Assembly: GCF_964188315.1 (NCBI RefSeq)
Contig: NC_135658.1
Coordinates: 3,658,001 to 3,722,000 of the forward strand
Source of the DNA: Podarcis muralis
Taxonomy: Eukaryota
DNA: 64,000 nucleotides
Direction of reading: 5' to 3'
Position 1 is the first letter of the stretch; each line of letters starts with the position of its first letter. The notes under the pieces were generated by a model. The model ran no database searches. It was not told where the DNA came from and was given only the letters and a program-made list of their open reading frames with translations. Both the position numbers and the translations under genes were made by a program. Shown here in pieces: positions 21,589 to 31,765 of the stretch.

Positions 21589-22566
21589 ATGGGCGTGGAG
21601 ACCCCGAGCGGAGCTGCCAACATCTCCTACACGGAATTCGTCCTGCTTCCGTTCCCCGGCCTCCAGGATTCCAGGCAGCTCCTTGTGATCCCTTTCTTCT
21701 GCCTCTTTGTGGTCATCCTGGCGGCCAACTCCGTCCTGATCTACACGGTGAAGGCAGAGGAGAGCCTCCACTCGCCCATGTGCCTGCTCATCGCCTTGCT
21801 GCTGGCGGTCAACATCTGTGGGACGGCCACCATCCTCCCCAGGATGCTCCTCAGCTTCCTTCTCCGCGCCAGCCGCATCTCGCTGGCCGAGTGCCTGGTG
21901 CAAATGTTCTTCCTGTACTTCACTTCCGTCCTGGACTGCAGCGTCCTGCTGATGATGGCTCTTGACCGGTACGTGGCCATCTGCCACCCGCTGCGCTACG
22001 CGGACCTCATGACCACCCGGCTGCTGGCGCTGCTGACTCTCGCCTCCATGTTGCGTAGCCTTTTCGTCGTCAGCCCCGTGGTGATCCTGGCTTCCCGGGT
22101 GAGCTTCTGCCGCTCGGACGTCATCAGCCACTTTGCCTGTGAGCACATGGCCCTGATGAGGTTGTCCTGCAGCGACATCTCCATCAACAAGGCGGTGGGG
22201 ATGGCGATGCGGTGCGTCGACGTCATCCTGGACTTCAGCATCCTCCTGGCTTCCTACAGCCAAATCGTCCGCACGGCGCTGAAGATCGCTTCCGGCAACG
22301 TCCGCCACAAGGCCTTCCACACCTGCGGGACACACCTGATCGTCCTCTTCGTCAGCTACTCCTCCCGCCTCTCCTCCTCCATCATCTTCCGCCTGGCCAA
22401 GTCGGCCTCCCAAGACGTCCACAACCTGATCAGCGCAGTCTACCTGCTGTTCCCCTGGGCTGTCCACCCGGTTATCTACGGGGTGAGGACCAAGGAGATC
22501 AGAGAGAGCCTCCGAAAGCTCTTCAGGAGATCCGACAGCCCTCTCCTTAGGACTTTCAAGCGCTAA
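21589..22566 (+). CDS. Class I olfactory receptor OR2 (Olfr544/545, OR55-like), 325 aa, intact
   Basis: MALDRYVAICHPLRY, HFACEHMAL, KAFHTCGTHL, SQDVHNL; acceptor AG at 21538-21539; sequon NIS. Confidence 0.95.
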   Translation: MGVETPSGAANISYTEFVLLPFPGLQDSRQLLVIPFFCLFVVILAANSVLIYTVKAEESLHSPMCLLIALLLAVNICGTATILPRMLLSFLLRASRISLAECLVQMFFLYFTSVLDCSVLLMMALDRYVAICHPLRYADLMTTRLLALLTLASMLRSLFVVSPVVILASRVSFCRSDVISHFACEHMALMRLSCSDISINKAVGMAMRCVDVILDFSILLASYSQIVRTALKIASGNVRHKAFHTCGTHLIVLFVSYSSRLSSSIIFRLAKSASQDVHNLISAVYLLFPWAVHPVIYGVRTKEIRESLRKLFRRSDSPLLRTFKR

Positions 22567-22599
22567 ATGAGCTGCTGCTGGATGGCCGCTTGCCAGGGA

Positions 22600-22675
22600 T
22601 TCTCGATCTGTGATTCCTGCATTGTGAGGGGTTGGACTAGATGACCCTCGGAGGACCCTTCCAACGATTCTGCAA
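22600..22675 (+). mobile_element. CR1-type 3' tail
   Basis: gggttggactagatgaccctc...cccttccaac...attctg. Confidence 0.6.
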
Positions 22676-23359
22676 TGTTTTGGGGTTTGTTTTAAATTAA
22701 TTTAATCCACTGTACGCTTTTTGGACTATTATATGTATACCGCTTAGAACTTCCAGCAATTAAGAGGAGCACAAATGGCTAAAATATTACATGTAGCCAT
22801 AGTTGAGGAAGAAAATGTACCTTGGCCGATCTTGCATTCTGTATTTTTAATATTTCTGTAAGCTGTACCCAGAGAACTCAGTGATAAAGGCAACATACCA
22901 ATGTTATAAATAAATACCGACTCAGGGAGACCCAGTGCATTATTAGCAGAGTCGTCTTTCCCATAGGGCTTAGTGGTGCGTCGCGCCAGGGCACTGGTCT
23001 CTCAGGGGCGCCCCAGCGAGTGGGGGAGCTGTGCGGAATTGCCAGCGGCCTCCCCTTTCCCTACATGCCCGCCAACTGCGCCCCGCCAAATATATGGCTG
23101 GTGGGCACGCAGCTTCCCTCCCAAGCTTCTGCAGGATCGCTCTCCTCCCGAGGAGGATTGGGAGGGAATAATAATAATAATAATTTTTTATTTATATCCC
23201 GCCCTCCCCAGCCAAAGCCGGGCTCAGAGCGGCTAACAACAGTAAAAGTAACACAGTTTACATAAAATCACAATCAATTAATTGAAACACATTCTAAAAT
23301 CAATTCAGAATCAAATTAATGGCAACCATTGGGCTAGAGCTCTATGAGGATTACCAAAG

Positions 23360-23506
23360 CATAGCTGTCAACTTTCAGATTTGAAAATAAGGGATCAGCA
23401 GCCTCACCTGTCCCGGGGACAGTCTACGGGATATCTGGGACAGCAGCAGGAAACTGCGCTGGAATAAGGGAATTTCCCACCAAAAAAGGGAAGGTGGACA
23501 GCTATG
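23360..23506. mobile_element. hAT MITE, family H1, longer variant
   Basis: catagctgtcaac / gtggacagctatg; exact 8-bp TSD taccaaag. Confidence 0.88.
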
Positions 23507-23721
23507 TACCAAAGGAGGGGCTCAGACTGTGCCTTGGCCAAAGGCCTGGTGGAACAGCTCCATCTTGCAGGCCCTGCGGGAAAATGTCAAGTCCCGCAGG
23601 GCCCTGGTCTCTTGTGACAGAGCATTCCACCAGATCGGTGCCACAGCCGAAAAAGCCCTGGCTCTGGTTGAGGCCAGCCTAACTTCTTTGTGGCACGGGA
23701 CCTCCTAGGTGTTTTTGTTTG

Positions 23722-24090
23722 TGTTATGTACTGAGTTGAATAGGATCCAAACTGCAGCAGTCTGATTGGTCCTAGAACAATAGGATCCAAAAGGCAGCAG
23801 TCTGATTGGTCCTAGAACAATAGGATTCAGAATGCAGCAGTCTGATTGGTCCTAGAACAATGCAGCAGTATGATTGGTTGGCAGGAACTACCCAATCATG
23901 CTCCAGATAGAAGTGAATCCACAACCTGATTGGCTTACAGTAGAATTCCGGAACTAGCCAATCATGTGCAGCCCATTGTGTAAATAATGTATATAAAGCA
24001 GATACTTTGAGGGGACTTTCATTCATTCCTCCTCACCACTATGAGCTGAATAAAGAGCATGAAATCACTTGCGACTCTGAGTATATTTCA
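23722..24090 (+). repeat. 5' LTR with three 40-bp CCAAT-box repeats
   Basis: Units at 23741, 23781, 23821; TATATAAA 23990; AATAAA 24049. Confidence 0.97.
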
Positions 24091-24091
24091 C

Positions 24092-24109
24092 TGGTGACGA
24101 GGATGGGAT
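24092..24109 (+). promoter_or_regulatory. Primer binding site, tRNA-Ser(GCU)
   Basis: tggtgacgaggatgggat vs expected tggcgacgaggatgggat (one G:T wobble); tRNA sequence from memory. Confidence 0.75.
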
Positions 24110-24215
24110 CCCGCTGAGCTGACTGCCACACACAGCACCGCAGCACCGCCACCTGCCGCACCGCTGCCTCGCACCGTGTATCCAGGCTTCAGCTCCGGGA
24201 CACAAGGAACTCAGA

Positions 24216-26933
24216 ATGGCAACCGACAACAGCTTCTCGCCGTTCAACCCAGCATCTGGAGACTGGGAAGCGTACGCCTCCCGTTTCACCTTCCTCCTAG
24301 AAGCCAAAGGGGTCACCGACGAAGAAGACGCCAAGAAGAGGGCGATATTCTTCAGCGTCTGCGGAGAGGAGACGTTTGAAATCGCCCGGGCTCTCCTTGC
24401 GCCTGAAGATGTCGCTACTGTTCCATACAAAACAATAATGGAACAGCTGAAGGGGCACTTTTCGCCACAGCCCTCAGTGGTGGCTCGTCGAAATGCCTTC
24501 TACGCAAAGCGGCAAGCCCCTGGGGAAACCATAACTGGGTTTGTGACCTCTCTCCGCCAAGCCGCCCGGTTCTGCAACTTCTCAGAGCTGGAGAACATGC
24601 TTCGTGACCGCCTCGTCGGTGGCCTGAAGGATGAGAAGCTGCAACGACGCCTCTACGCTAAGAAGGACCTAACGTTCCAGGTCGCTCTGGAGGAGGCCCT
24701 GGCAACGGAAGCTGCCGAGAGGTCGACGCAAGAGGCACGGCCGAGCCAGCCGTCCCAACCGAGGGTCCACCACGAAGACCTCACCGACGACTCAGGATCC
24801 GACAGGGAGGAGGTGCACCGAGTACAGCAGCGCACTCAAGCAGCCCACATACCACAGCTGCCTCGACGAGAAGGAGGGAACTGCGCAAGCTGTGGAGAAA
24901 GTCACGAGAGGAGGACCTGCCGTTTCCGCAACGCAGAGTGCAGACAGTGCAGAAAATTAGGACACATCGCCCGGGTGTGTCGGGCTCGGCCCACCCGACG
25001 CCAGGCATCAGATGACCAATCCAAGAGCCCCAGGTCCCGGGGCCCAACACACCAAGGCAACTCGACGGAGCTCACGGACTTCCAGGTATACCAGTTGCCC
25101 CACCCCAACGTAGAGAAAATTTATGTCGAGGTACAGATAGAGGGGGCCCCATGCCGCATGGAACTTGACACGGGTTCAACTCTATCCATAATCTCGGCAA
25201 AGACCTTAAGAAAACTGTGTCCTACGGGGGGTCCCAAACTCAGGCCGGCCCCATTCACCCTCCGGGACTTCCAGAAACGTAAGGTCCCCACAATGGGGGT
25301 GGGGACCTTCAGGGTGCAATACCGAGGGCGGAAGCGGCAACTGGACTTGCTTGTGGTCAAGGGCCCCTACATTAGCTTACTGGGATTGGCATGGTTTGGA
25401 CCACTGGGGCTAGCCGTCACCGGGGTGAACCACACTAGCTTACAAGTAGACGTGGACGCCATATGCAAGGAATTTCCGGGGGTTTTCGATGGGAAATTGG
25501 GACAGTATACGGGCCCCCCCATTGCTCTACAGCTTGACCCCGCAGTACGACCGGTCAGGCTCAAGGCCCGCCGGGTCCCGTTCGCCCTGAAACCCCGTAT
25601 AGACGAGGAATTGGACCGGCTTGTGGAGCAAGGGGTGCTGGAGCCGGTGCCTAATGCCCCCTGGGAAACCCCAATTGTCACACCCGTCAAGCCTAATGGT
25701 TCGGTCCGCATCTGCGCAGACTACAAATGTACCATAAACAAGGCCCTCACGGCCCATGCATACCCAGTGCCAGTGGTCAGCCATGTTCTTGCCACCCTGG
25801 CTGGGTCGAAAATTTTTGGCAAGCTGGACTTGGCCCAAGCATATCAACAGCTGCCAGTAGATGAGGCTACAGCAGAGGCACAGACGATTGTGACGCACAG
25901 AGGAGCATTCAGGGTAAAGCGGCTGCAATTCGGTGTCAGCGTGGCACCAGGCATATTCCAGAATCTAATGGACTCTCTCCTTAAAGGGATTCCTGGCGTC
26001 ACCCCCTTCTTCGATGATGTGTTGATTGCCGGGCCCACACCAGAGGAGTTTGAGGACCGCCTCCGCACCGTTCTGCACCGTTTCCAGACGGCGGGTCTCA
26101 AGGTGAAGCGGGAAAAATGTCTACTAGGAGTGCCTCAGGTGGACTTTCTGGGATTTATGGTGGACGCAGAAGGGGTCCACCCGACTGGGGACAAGGTACG
26201 GGCCATTTGTGATGCCCCAGCGCCCAAGAACAAGACTGAACTTCAGGCCTTCTTGGGACTATTGAACTTTTACCATTCCTTCCTTCCCCACAAGGCGGCG
26301 GTAGCGGAGCCCCTACACAGACTCCTGGACAAGCGGGCCCCTTGGGTGTGGGGCCAGCGCCAGGAGGCCGCATTCCAGGCAGTCAAGGACTTGCTTGTCT
26401 CAAACTCGGTCTTGGCACACTTCGACGAGAGGCTGCCGGTGGTGCTAGCATGCGACGCCTCGCCCTATGGAATCGGCGCTGTCCTGGGACACCAACTCCC
26501 GGATGGAAGAGAGGTACCAGTGGCATACTTTTCCCAGACACTCAACGCAACCGAGCGGAACTACTCGCAAATCGACAAGGAGGGTCTGGCAATCGTGAAG
26601 GGAGTAAAAAAATTCCATGATTTCTTGTACGGGCGGCCCTTCACCGTGGTGACTGACCACAAGCCGTTGCTTGGCTTGTTTGCCCCTGAAAAGCAGACCC
26701 CCCCAAGTGCTGTCTCCTCGCGTCCTCAGGTGGTCAATTTTCCTTGCCAGCTACCAGTATGCACTGATTTACCGTCCTGGGAAGGCAATGGGCCATGCAG
26801 ATGCCCTCAGCAGGCTACCACTACCAGAAACAGGCCCCGACCCAGCACCTGCACAAGAGGTTATGAGCCTGGAGCTGCTTCCCGACCGCCCCATTCAGGC
26901 ACAAGAAGTTGCACACCATTCCAAGAAAGATAG
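24216..26933 (+). CDS. Gypsy Gag-PR-RT-RNaseH; true frame ends at a +1 C in the run at 26698-26704
   Basis: Two CCHC knuckles, LDTGS protease, FFDD RT, DASPYGIGAVL RNase H; residues after PEKQTP are out of frame. Confidence 0.92.
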   Translation: MATDNSFSPFNPASGDWEAYASRFTFLLEAKGVTDEEDAKKRAIFFSVCGEETFEIARALLAPEDVATVPYKTIMEQLKGHFSPQPSVVARRNAFYAKRQAPGETITGFVTSLRQAARFCNFSELENMLRDRLVGGLKDEKLQRRLYAKKDLTFQVALEEALATEAAERSTQEARPSQPSQPRVHHEDLTDDSGSDREEVHRVQQRTQAAHIPQLPRREGGNCASCGESHERRTCRFRNAECRQCRKLGHIARVCRARPTRRQASDDQSKSPRSRGPTHQGNSTELTDFQVYQLPHPNVEKIYVEVQIEGAPCRMELDTGSTLSIISAKTLRKLCPTGGPKLRPAPFTLRDFQKRKVPTMGVGTFRVQYRGRKRQLDLLVVKGPYISLLGLAWFGPLGLAVTGVNHTSLQVDVDAICKEFPGVFDGKLGQYTGPPIALQLDPAVRPVRLKARRVPFALKPRIDEELDRLVEQGVLEPVPNAPWETPIVTPVKPNGSVRICADYKCTINKALTAHAYPVPVVSHVLATLAGSKIFGKLDLAQAYQQLPVDEATAEAQTIVTHRGAFRVKRLQFGVSVAPGIFQNLMDSLLKGIPGVTPFFDDVLIAGPTPEEFEDRLRTVLHRFQTAGLKVKREKCLLGVPQVDFLGFMVDAEGVHPTGDKVRAICDAPAPKNKTELQAFLGLLNFYHSFLPHKAAVAEPLHRLLDKRAPWVWGQRQEAAFQAVKDLLVSNSVLAHFDERLPVVLACDASPYGIGAVLGHQLPDGREVPVAYFSQTLNATERNYSQIDKEGLAIVKGVKKFHDFLYGRPFTVVTDHKPLLGLFAPEKQTPPSAVSSRPQVVNFPCQLPVCTDLPSWEGNGPCRCPQQATTTRNRPRPSTCTRGYEPGAASRPPHSGTRSCTPFQER

Positions 26934-28293
26934 GGTCATCTCCCGGGTCCTGGACTGGGTGTGGAGGGGATGGCCCAGCAGCAGCCCCGGGCCAGAATTC
27001 GCCAGCTACACAACCCGCAAGCATGAACTGTCAGCCCACAAGGGGTGCCTGTTATGGGGAAGCAGGGTCGTTGTTCCCCAGCCCCTCCGCAAAAGGGTCC
27101 TCACAGCCCTACACGAGACACACCCAGGGGTAGTAAGAATGAAGGCCCTTGCCAGGAGTTATGTGTGGTGGCCGGGGATCGACGGAGAGATAGAGGCCTG
27201 GGTCAAACACTGCCAGGCCTGCCAAGAATCCCGCCCAGATCCCCCAAGGGCCCCAGTCCAGTCCTGGGAGTCCGCCCGAGCACCATGGTCACGCCTGCAT
27301 GTGGATTTTGCGGGCCCCTTTCAGGGGAAAACATTCTTCATAGTGGTGGACTCATACACCAAATGGCTGGAAGTCGCACTGGTACCGTCCACTTCTACGT
27401 CCGCAGCCATCCGGGTACTACGCAGGCTGTTTGCAACCCACGGGCTCCCTGACACTCTCGTCTCAGACAACGGGACTGCATTTACGTCAGGAGAATTCCA
27501 AACCTTCACAGCGCAGAACGCCATCCGCCACATCCGTTCGGCGCCATTCCACCCTGCCACCAATGGCCAAGCAGAACGCATGGTGCGGACCACCAAGGAC
27601 ACCCTTCGCCGCATGACGCAAGGGGATTGGGAGTACCGCCTTGCCACATTCCTTCTAGCACAGCACAGCACCCCCAGCTCAACGACTGGCCGGAGCCCCG
27701 CTGAACTACTAATGGGTCGGCGCCTTGCAATCAGATTGGACCGCCTTCACCCCGATAGAGCTCAGGATGAGGTAGTGGTGGGGGAAGACAGGAACCCCCG
27801 GACCTTCGAGGCCCAGGACCCAGTGTACGCAAAGAATTTTGGGGCAGGCCCAGCATGGGTACCTGCCACAGTCACCAGGGTCACTGGCCCCGTGTCGTAC
27901 GAGGTGCTAACAGATGGGGGGCAATGCTGGCGCCGCCACTGCGACCAGATACGGCGACGATTCCCGGGAGAAAACCAGGAGGAGGAAAGGGCAGAGGAGT
28001 CCCAAGGGAACAGAGGGGCAGTGAGGCCCATAGAGCACGAGGGGCCAGCAGGAGAGGCAGAATCAGTCAATACAGAGAGGACCTGTGAGGCCGAAAGGAC
28101 ACCGGAACCAGAACCACGACTGAGCGAGCCGGTTGCGCCAGACCAGACAGCCCCATCACAGCCAGCATCCTTGGAACACGAGCCAGAACCTGAACCTCGG
28201 ACCAGGGAACACCCCAGGCCGCAACGCACACGTAGGCCGCCGGCGTACCTCAAGGACTATGAATGCGACCTCCCGGGCAGGACTGGAACTTAG
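26671..28293 (+). CDS. Gypsy RNase H end and integrase (continuation of the polyprotein)
   Basis: HHCC (LHETH..CQAC), DDE core (DFAGP, DNG, E in QAERM), C-terminal RRPPAYLKDY; no chromodomain. Confidence 0.92.
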   Translation: MACLPLKSRPPQVLSPRVLRWSIFLASYQYALIYRPGKAMGHADALSRLPLPETGPDPAPAQEVMSLELLPDRPIQAQEVAHHSKKDRVISRVLDWVWRGWPSSSPGPEFASYTTRKHELSAHKGCLLWGSRVVVPQPLRKRVLTALHETHPGVVRMKALARSYVWWPGIDGEIEAWVKHCQACQESRPDPPRAPVQSWESARAPWSRLHVDFAGPFQGKTFFIVVDSYTKWLEVALVPSTSTSAAIRVLRRLFATHGLPDTLVSDNGTAFTSGEFQTFTAQNAIRHIRSAPFHPATNGQAERMVRTTKDTLRRMTQGDWEYRLATFLLAQHSTPSSTTGRSPAELLMGRRLAIRLDRLHPDRAQDEVVVGEDRNPRTFEAQDPVYAKNFGAGPAWVPATVTRVTGPVSYEVLTDGGQCWRRHCDQIRRRFPGENQEEERAEESQGNRGAVRPIEHEGPAGEAESVNTERTCEAERTPEPEPRLSEPVAPDQTAPSQPASLEHEPEPEPRTREHPRPQRTRRPPAYLKDYECDLPGRTGT

Positions 28294-28303
28294 AGGGGAG
28301 GGG

Positions 28304-28672
28304 TGTTATGTACTGAGTTGAATAGGATCCAAACTGCAGCAGTCTGATTGGTCCTAGAACAATAGGATCCAAAAGGCAGCAGTCTGATTGGTCCTAGAAC
28401 AATAGGATTCAGAATGCAGCAGTCTGATTGGTCCTAGAACAATGCAGCAGTATGATTGGTTGGCAGGAACTACCCAATCATGCTCCAGATAGAAGTGAAT
28501 CCACAACCTGATTGGCTTACAGTAGAATTCCGGAACTAGCCAATCATGTGCAGCCCATTGTGTAAATAATGTATATAAAGCAGATACTTTGAGGGGACTT
28601 TCATTCATTCCTCCTCACCACTATGAGCTGAATAAAGAGCATGAAATCACTTGCGACTCTGAGTATATTTCA
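28304..28672 (+). repeat. 3' LTR
   Basis: Identical to the 5' LTR by manual comparison. Confidence 0.97.
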
Positions 28673-29014
28673 GTTTGAAGACCGTAAGGTCCTCCGTGGG
28701 ACATGCGCTCTCCTCCCAAGGGGGCTTGGGAGGGGCGCAACTTCACTCCCAAGCCTCGGCAGGGATTGTTCTCCCACAGCGGCATGGGGAAGAGTTGCAG
28801 CCCCCCCCCCCCATGGCTGGCAGTGCGCAGCTACAGCCACCCCAACAATATTGTGGTAATTCGGGGACACTGGGCGGATATTTGCACCCCGGTGCCGCAT
28901 CTGCTAAAGACGGCCCTGATTATTAGCTTGGCTGACTCTTTTCCTGTCTTGTTTGGGAGAAGCTCTCCAGAAATAATCCTGACCAAAGATAACAGGGCTG
29001 AAGAAAATGTTTAA

Positions 29015-29600
29015 ACAAAGTTTTGCTCAGAAAATAGAAGCTTTTTTTATTGGGAATACTGGATATGGACATAACGAGGGGAAATAAGAAAATATTTCTT
29101 TACGCCACAGTGGCAGCGAGAACATTAATTGCCCCCCAAAATGGGAAAAATAAATTATACTGATCAAAAAAAGAACGGCAAGATAAATGATTTGACTATA
29201 TAGAATTGGCTAGAATAACAGGTGTGATTGGGGGTCAGACCAAACAAAAAATTCAGAAAGAATGGGGAAAATATAGAGATTACCTTAAAAAACAGTGCCC
29301 TCAAATTAATAGTTGGACTTGTTTTGATTAACTTTTGCAAAATGAATTATGGGGTAAAAGCTAAAAACAGAAAGAAAAATGAAATGAGAAGGAAGCAGTT
29401 TACTAAAGATGAAAGTAGAACCGCGCTAAGGATGAAGGAAGGCAAGTGGAAGAATAGAAGAACTGAAATATGGTATATACACATTGTTTAATATTTGTTT
29501 AGTATAGATTTTTGAATTTTCCCTTGATATTGCCTTTTCTTTTTTCTTTTTCTATAAGTATGTGTTTTTGTGTTGCAAAATAAAAATAAAAATACTTATT
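29015..29600 (+). mobile_element. L1-clade 3' fragment
   Basis: Degenerate FLYATVAARTLIA ... QKEWGKYRDYLKK; AT-rich UTR. Confidence 0.65.
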
Positions 29601-30039
29601 AAAAAAACAAAGACAACGGGTTTATTGAGTCTTCATCCTGATACGCTTGTGCAAAGCTTACATGGATGTTGTTGGATCATGCCTAGTCTTCACTGGACAT
29701 TTTTTCCCCTGTTTTCTTTTGCAAGGAGGTTATTCGTTCACCCTGCACCCATCCTGCTTTGCTTGTGGGGTATTTAGACATTTCCTCATCAATCGGTTGT
29801 CCATCCCACACCATTTGAAACATTTTCCCCATTGTGAAAAGTCCATTGTTGGGGATCCATTGGCGCGAATATTTCCGCTTGCACAAGGCGGCTCCCCCTG
29901 GATTTTTTGCCAGGCCAATTATTAGTGAGGCCAGCAGGGTCACAGGTGCAGGAATGTGAGCCGACCGCAAAACTGGTAAGAACCAGTCAAAAGGGGAATG
30001 AGCAGCTAGTTTTTAAAGTGAAAGGTAACAGCGGCAAGA

Positions 30040-30529
30040 GTATTTTTATTTTTTCCAAAAAAAATTATTAGTTTTCTCTTATAACACATAGACAAAAACA
30101 CAAAAGGAAAACATTACATTTGACACAACATAAAAACTTAACAACAATTAAAAAAAACAAAATAAAAAAAACACTTTATTTAAGGTAGATAAGGACAAGA
30201 TGAAATTATACAATTGAATATAAATATAGATGGGAAATGGCGATGTATTGTGAGTACTTATCTACTTTTAAAAATTTTCACCTATGATCTTTTTCTTTTA
30301 CTTCTTTGTTTTTTCTTTGTTCTTTTTTATTTTTTTCTGATATCTTATCTTTCAATTTCACTCCTTTATTGTGAATAGCATTTTATAGAGGTATAAATAA
30401 CTGTAAATATGAAAAGAGACAAAATATTCTCTAATTTTTTCCTTGGTTATATGTATTTTCTTTTTCTTTTGTGTTTTCTTTTGTTGTAAATATGTATGTT
30501 TTCTAATTTGTACTTAATAAAAGATCTAA

Positions 30530-30572
<43 letters not shown>

Positions 30573-30575
30573 AAG
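30040..30575. mobile_element. L1-type tails and (AAAT)n
   Basis: AT-rich remnants ending in (TAAA)n at about 30526-30572. Confidence 0.4.
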
Positions 30576-30599
30576 TTGGGGGGGGGGAACCACACACAC

Positions 30600-31031
30600 A
30601 CAAAATGAAAGAAGAATTTTTTCTTCTTGTCCCCTGGTGTATTTACATTGCTAAAAGACTTCATCGACACCCTCCAATCTGGATTTCATCATATTACATA
30701 TTTAGCAGTTCCCAATTTCTTATTTATAACATCAGTATCTTCTTTCACTACAAACTTCTTAACCTTACTTCTAATTGTAATCCATATTAATCTTTATTAT
30801 TAATCTTTTTCTATCCCTTAGCCTAATCTGTTACTTCTAGGGATTTCTTAATTATCTTATATTACAACATATCACTAAATATTCTTTAAATTTCTTCCGG
30901 TCTTCTTGTGTTTCCTCCTCTTTCTGGTCGCGGATTCTTCCCGTCAGGTCAGCCAGCTCTGAAAAGTCCATCATCTTCATCTGCCATTCTTCTATTGTCG
31001 GTATTTCTTGCAATTTCCAATTTCTTGCAAT
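30600..31031 (-). mobile_element. L1-clade 3' fragment
   Basis: IARNWKLQEIPTIEEWQMKMMDFSELADLT on -. Confidence 0.75.
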
Positions 31032-31033
31032 AG

Positions 31034-31460
31034 TTGGCTCAGAAATGGAAACAAGAAGAAATACCGGCGAAAGAAGAATGGCAGGCAAAATTAATGAGCT
31101 ACGCAGAATTGGATAAAATGACAGGAAGGATTTGAAACCTGCGGGACCACAGAGATTCACAGAGGATTGGAAGAAATAGACGAATTATTTGAAGAGCAAC
31201 TGTAATCAACAAATTACGCTAGAAGCTTTGTAAGGAGAAATGTATGAAACATTACAAAGAAGAGAAAGAAGAGAGATACCAGTTATGTGATTTAAATGTA
31301 ATAGTGAAAGTAAGAAATGTAAATCAAGCAAATAGATTGGAAAGTTTTCAGATGTGATCGATGGAAGTAAAAAAAAAAAAACCTGTATAAGATGTAAAAG
31401 TACGTTTAATTATTGTTGAAAATGATATGTTGAAAAACTAATAAAAAATTTATAAATAAA
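31034..31460 (+). mobile_element. L1-clade 3' fragment
   Basis: LAQKWKQEEIPAKEEWQAKLMSYAELDKMT on +. Confidence 0.75.
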
Positions 31461-31626
31461 TGAATAAAGTGAAAGGTAGCTCCATTCTTAACCGTCATCA
31501 TCATTTTTACATTGTATACCTCCTTTCCTTATTGCTGTATACTGTAGGTACAAGCTGAAGAAGCCACAAAATATACAACGAAGCTCATGCCTCAGTCTGA
31601 TCCAATACAAAAAAAAAAAAAAGTTA

Positions 31627-31765
31627 CAGTGGAAGATCAGTTTTCGAACATCTCGGAAGTCGAACGTTTCAGCTTTCGAACGCCAAAAACCCAGAAGTAA
31701 CTGCTTCGATTTTTGGACGCTTTTCGGAAGCCGAACGTACCACGCAGCTTCCGTATTGAGTTTTC
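31627..31765. mobile_element. Partial Tigger-like MITE
   Basis: TA-cagtggaag start with ttcgaa repeats; no right end. Confidence 0.45.

Larger units (their letters stand above)
23722..28672 (+). mobile_element. Full-length Ty3/Gypsy LTR retrotransposon (Mag-type), very recent
   Basis: Identical 369-bp LTRs, TG..CA, exact TSD gtttg, PBS, PPT agaggggagggg 28292-28303, order gag-PR-RT-RH-IN. Confidence 0.97.
23167..28705 (-). mobile_element. L2 fragment split by a MITE and the Gypsy element
   Basis: L2 sequence at 23167-23721 resumes at 28673-28705; same family as 14546-15086. Confidence 0.75.
22947..28918. mobile_element. hAT MITE (outer element of a nest; own sequence 22947-23166 and 28706-28918)
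   Basis: TIRs cagagtcgtcttt / aaagacggccctg (11/13); exact 8-bp TSD attattag at 22939-22946 and 28919-28926. Confidence 0.8.

Noticed and set aside
21424-22467. Long antisense ORFs over the ORs, Gypsy pol and L2/BovB
   Set aside because: Shadow frames of GC3-rich coding sequence, with no independent signals.
23741-23880. CRISPR-like repeat array
   Set aside because: Contiguous 40-bp tandem units without spacers inside a eukaryotic LTR.
26698-26704. Programmed ribosomal frameshift in pol
   Set aside because: Falls inside the RNase H region, is not an XXXYYYZ slippery site, and Mag-type elements use a single ORF.
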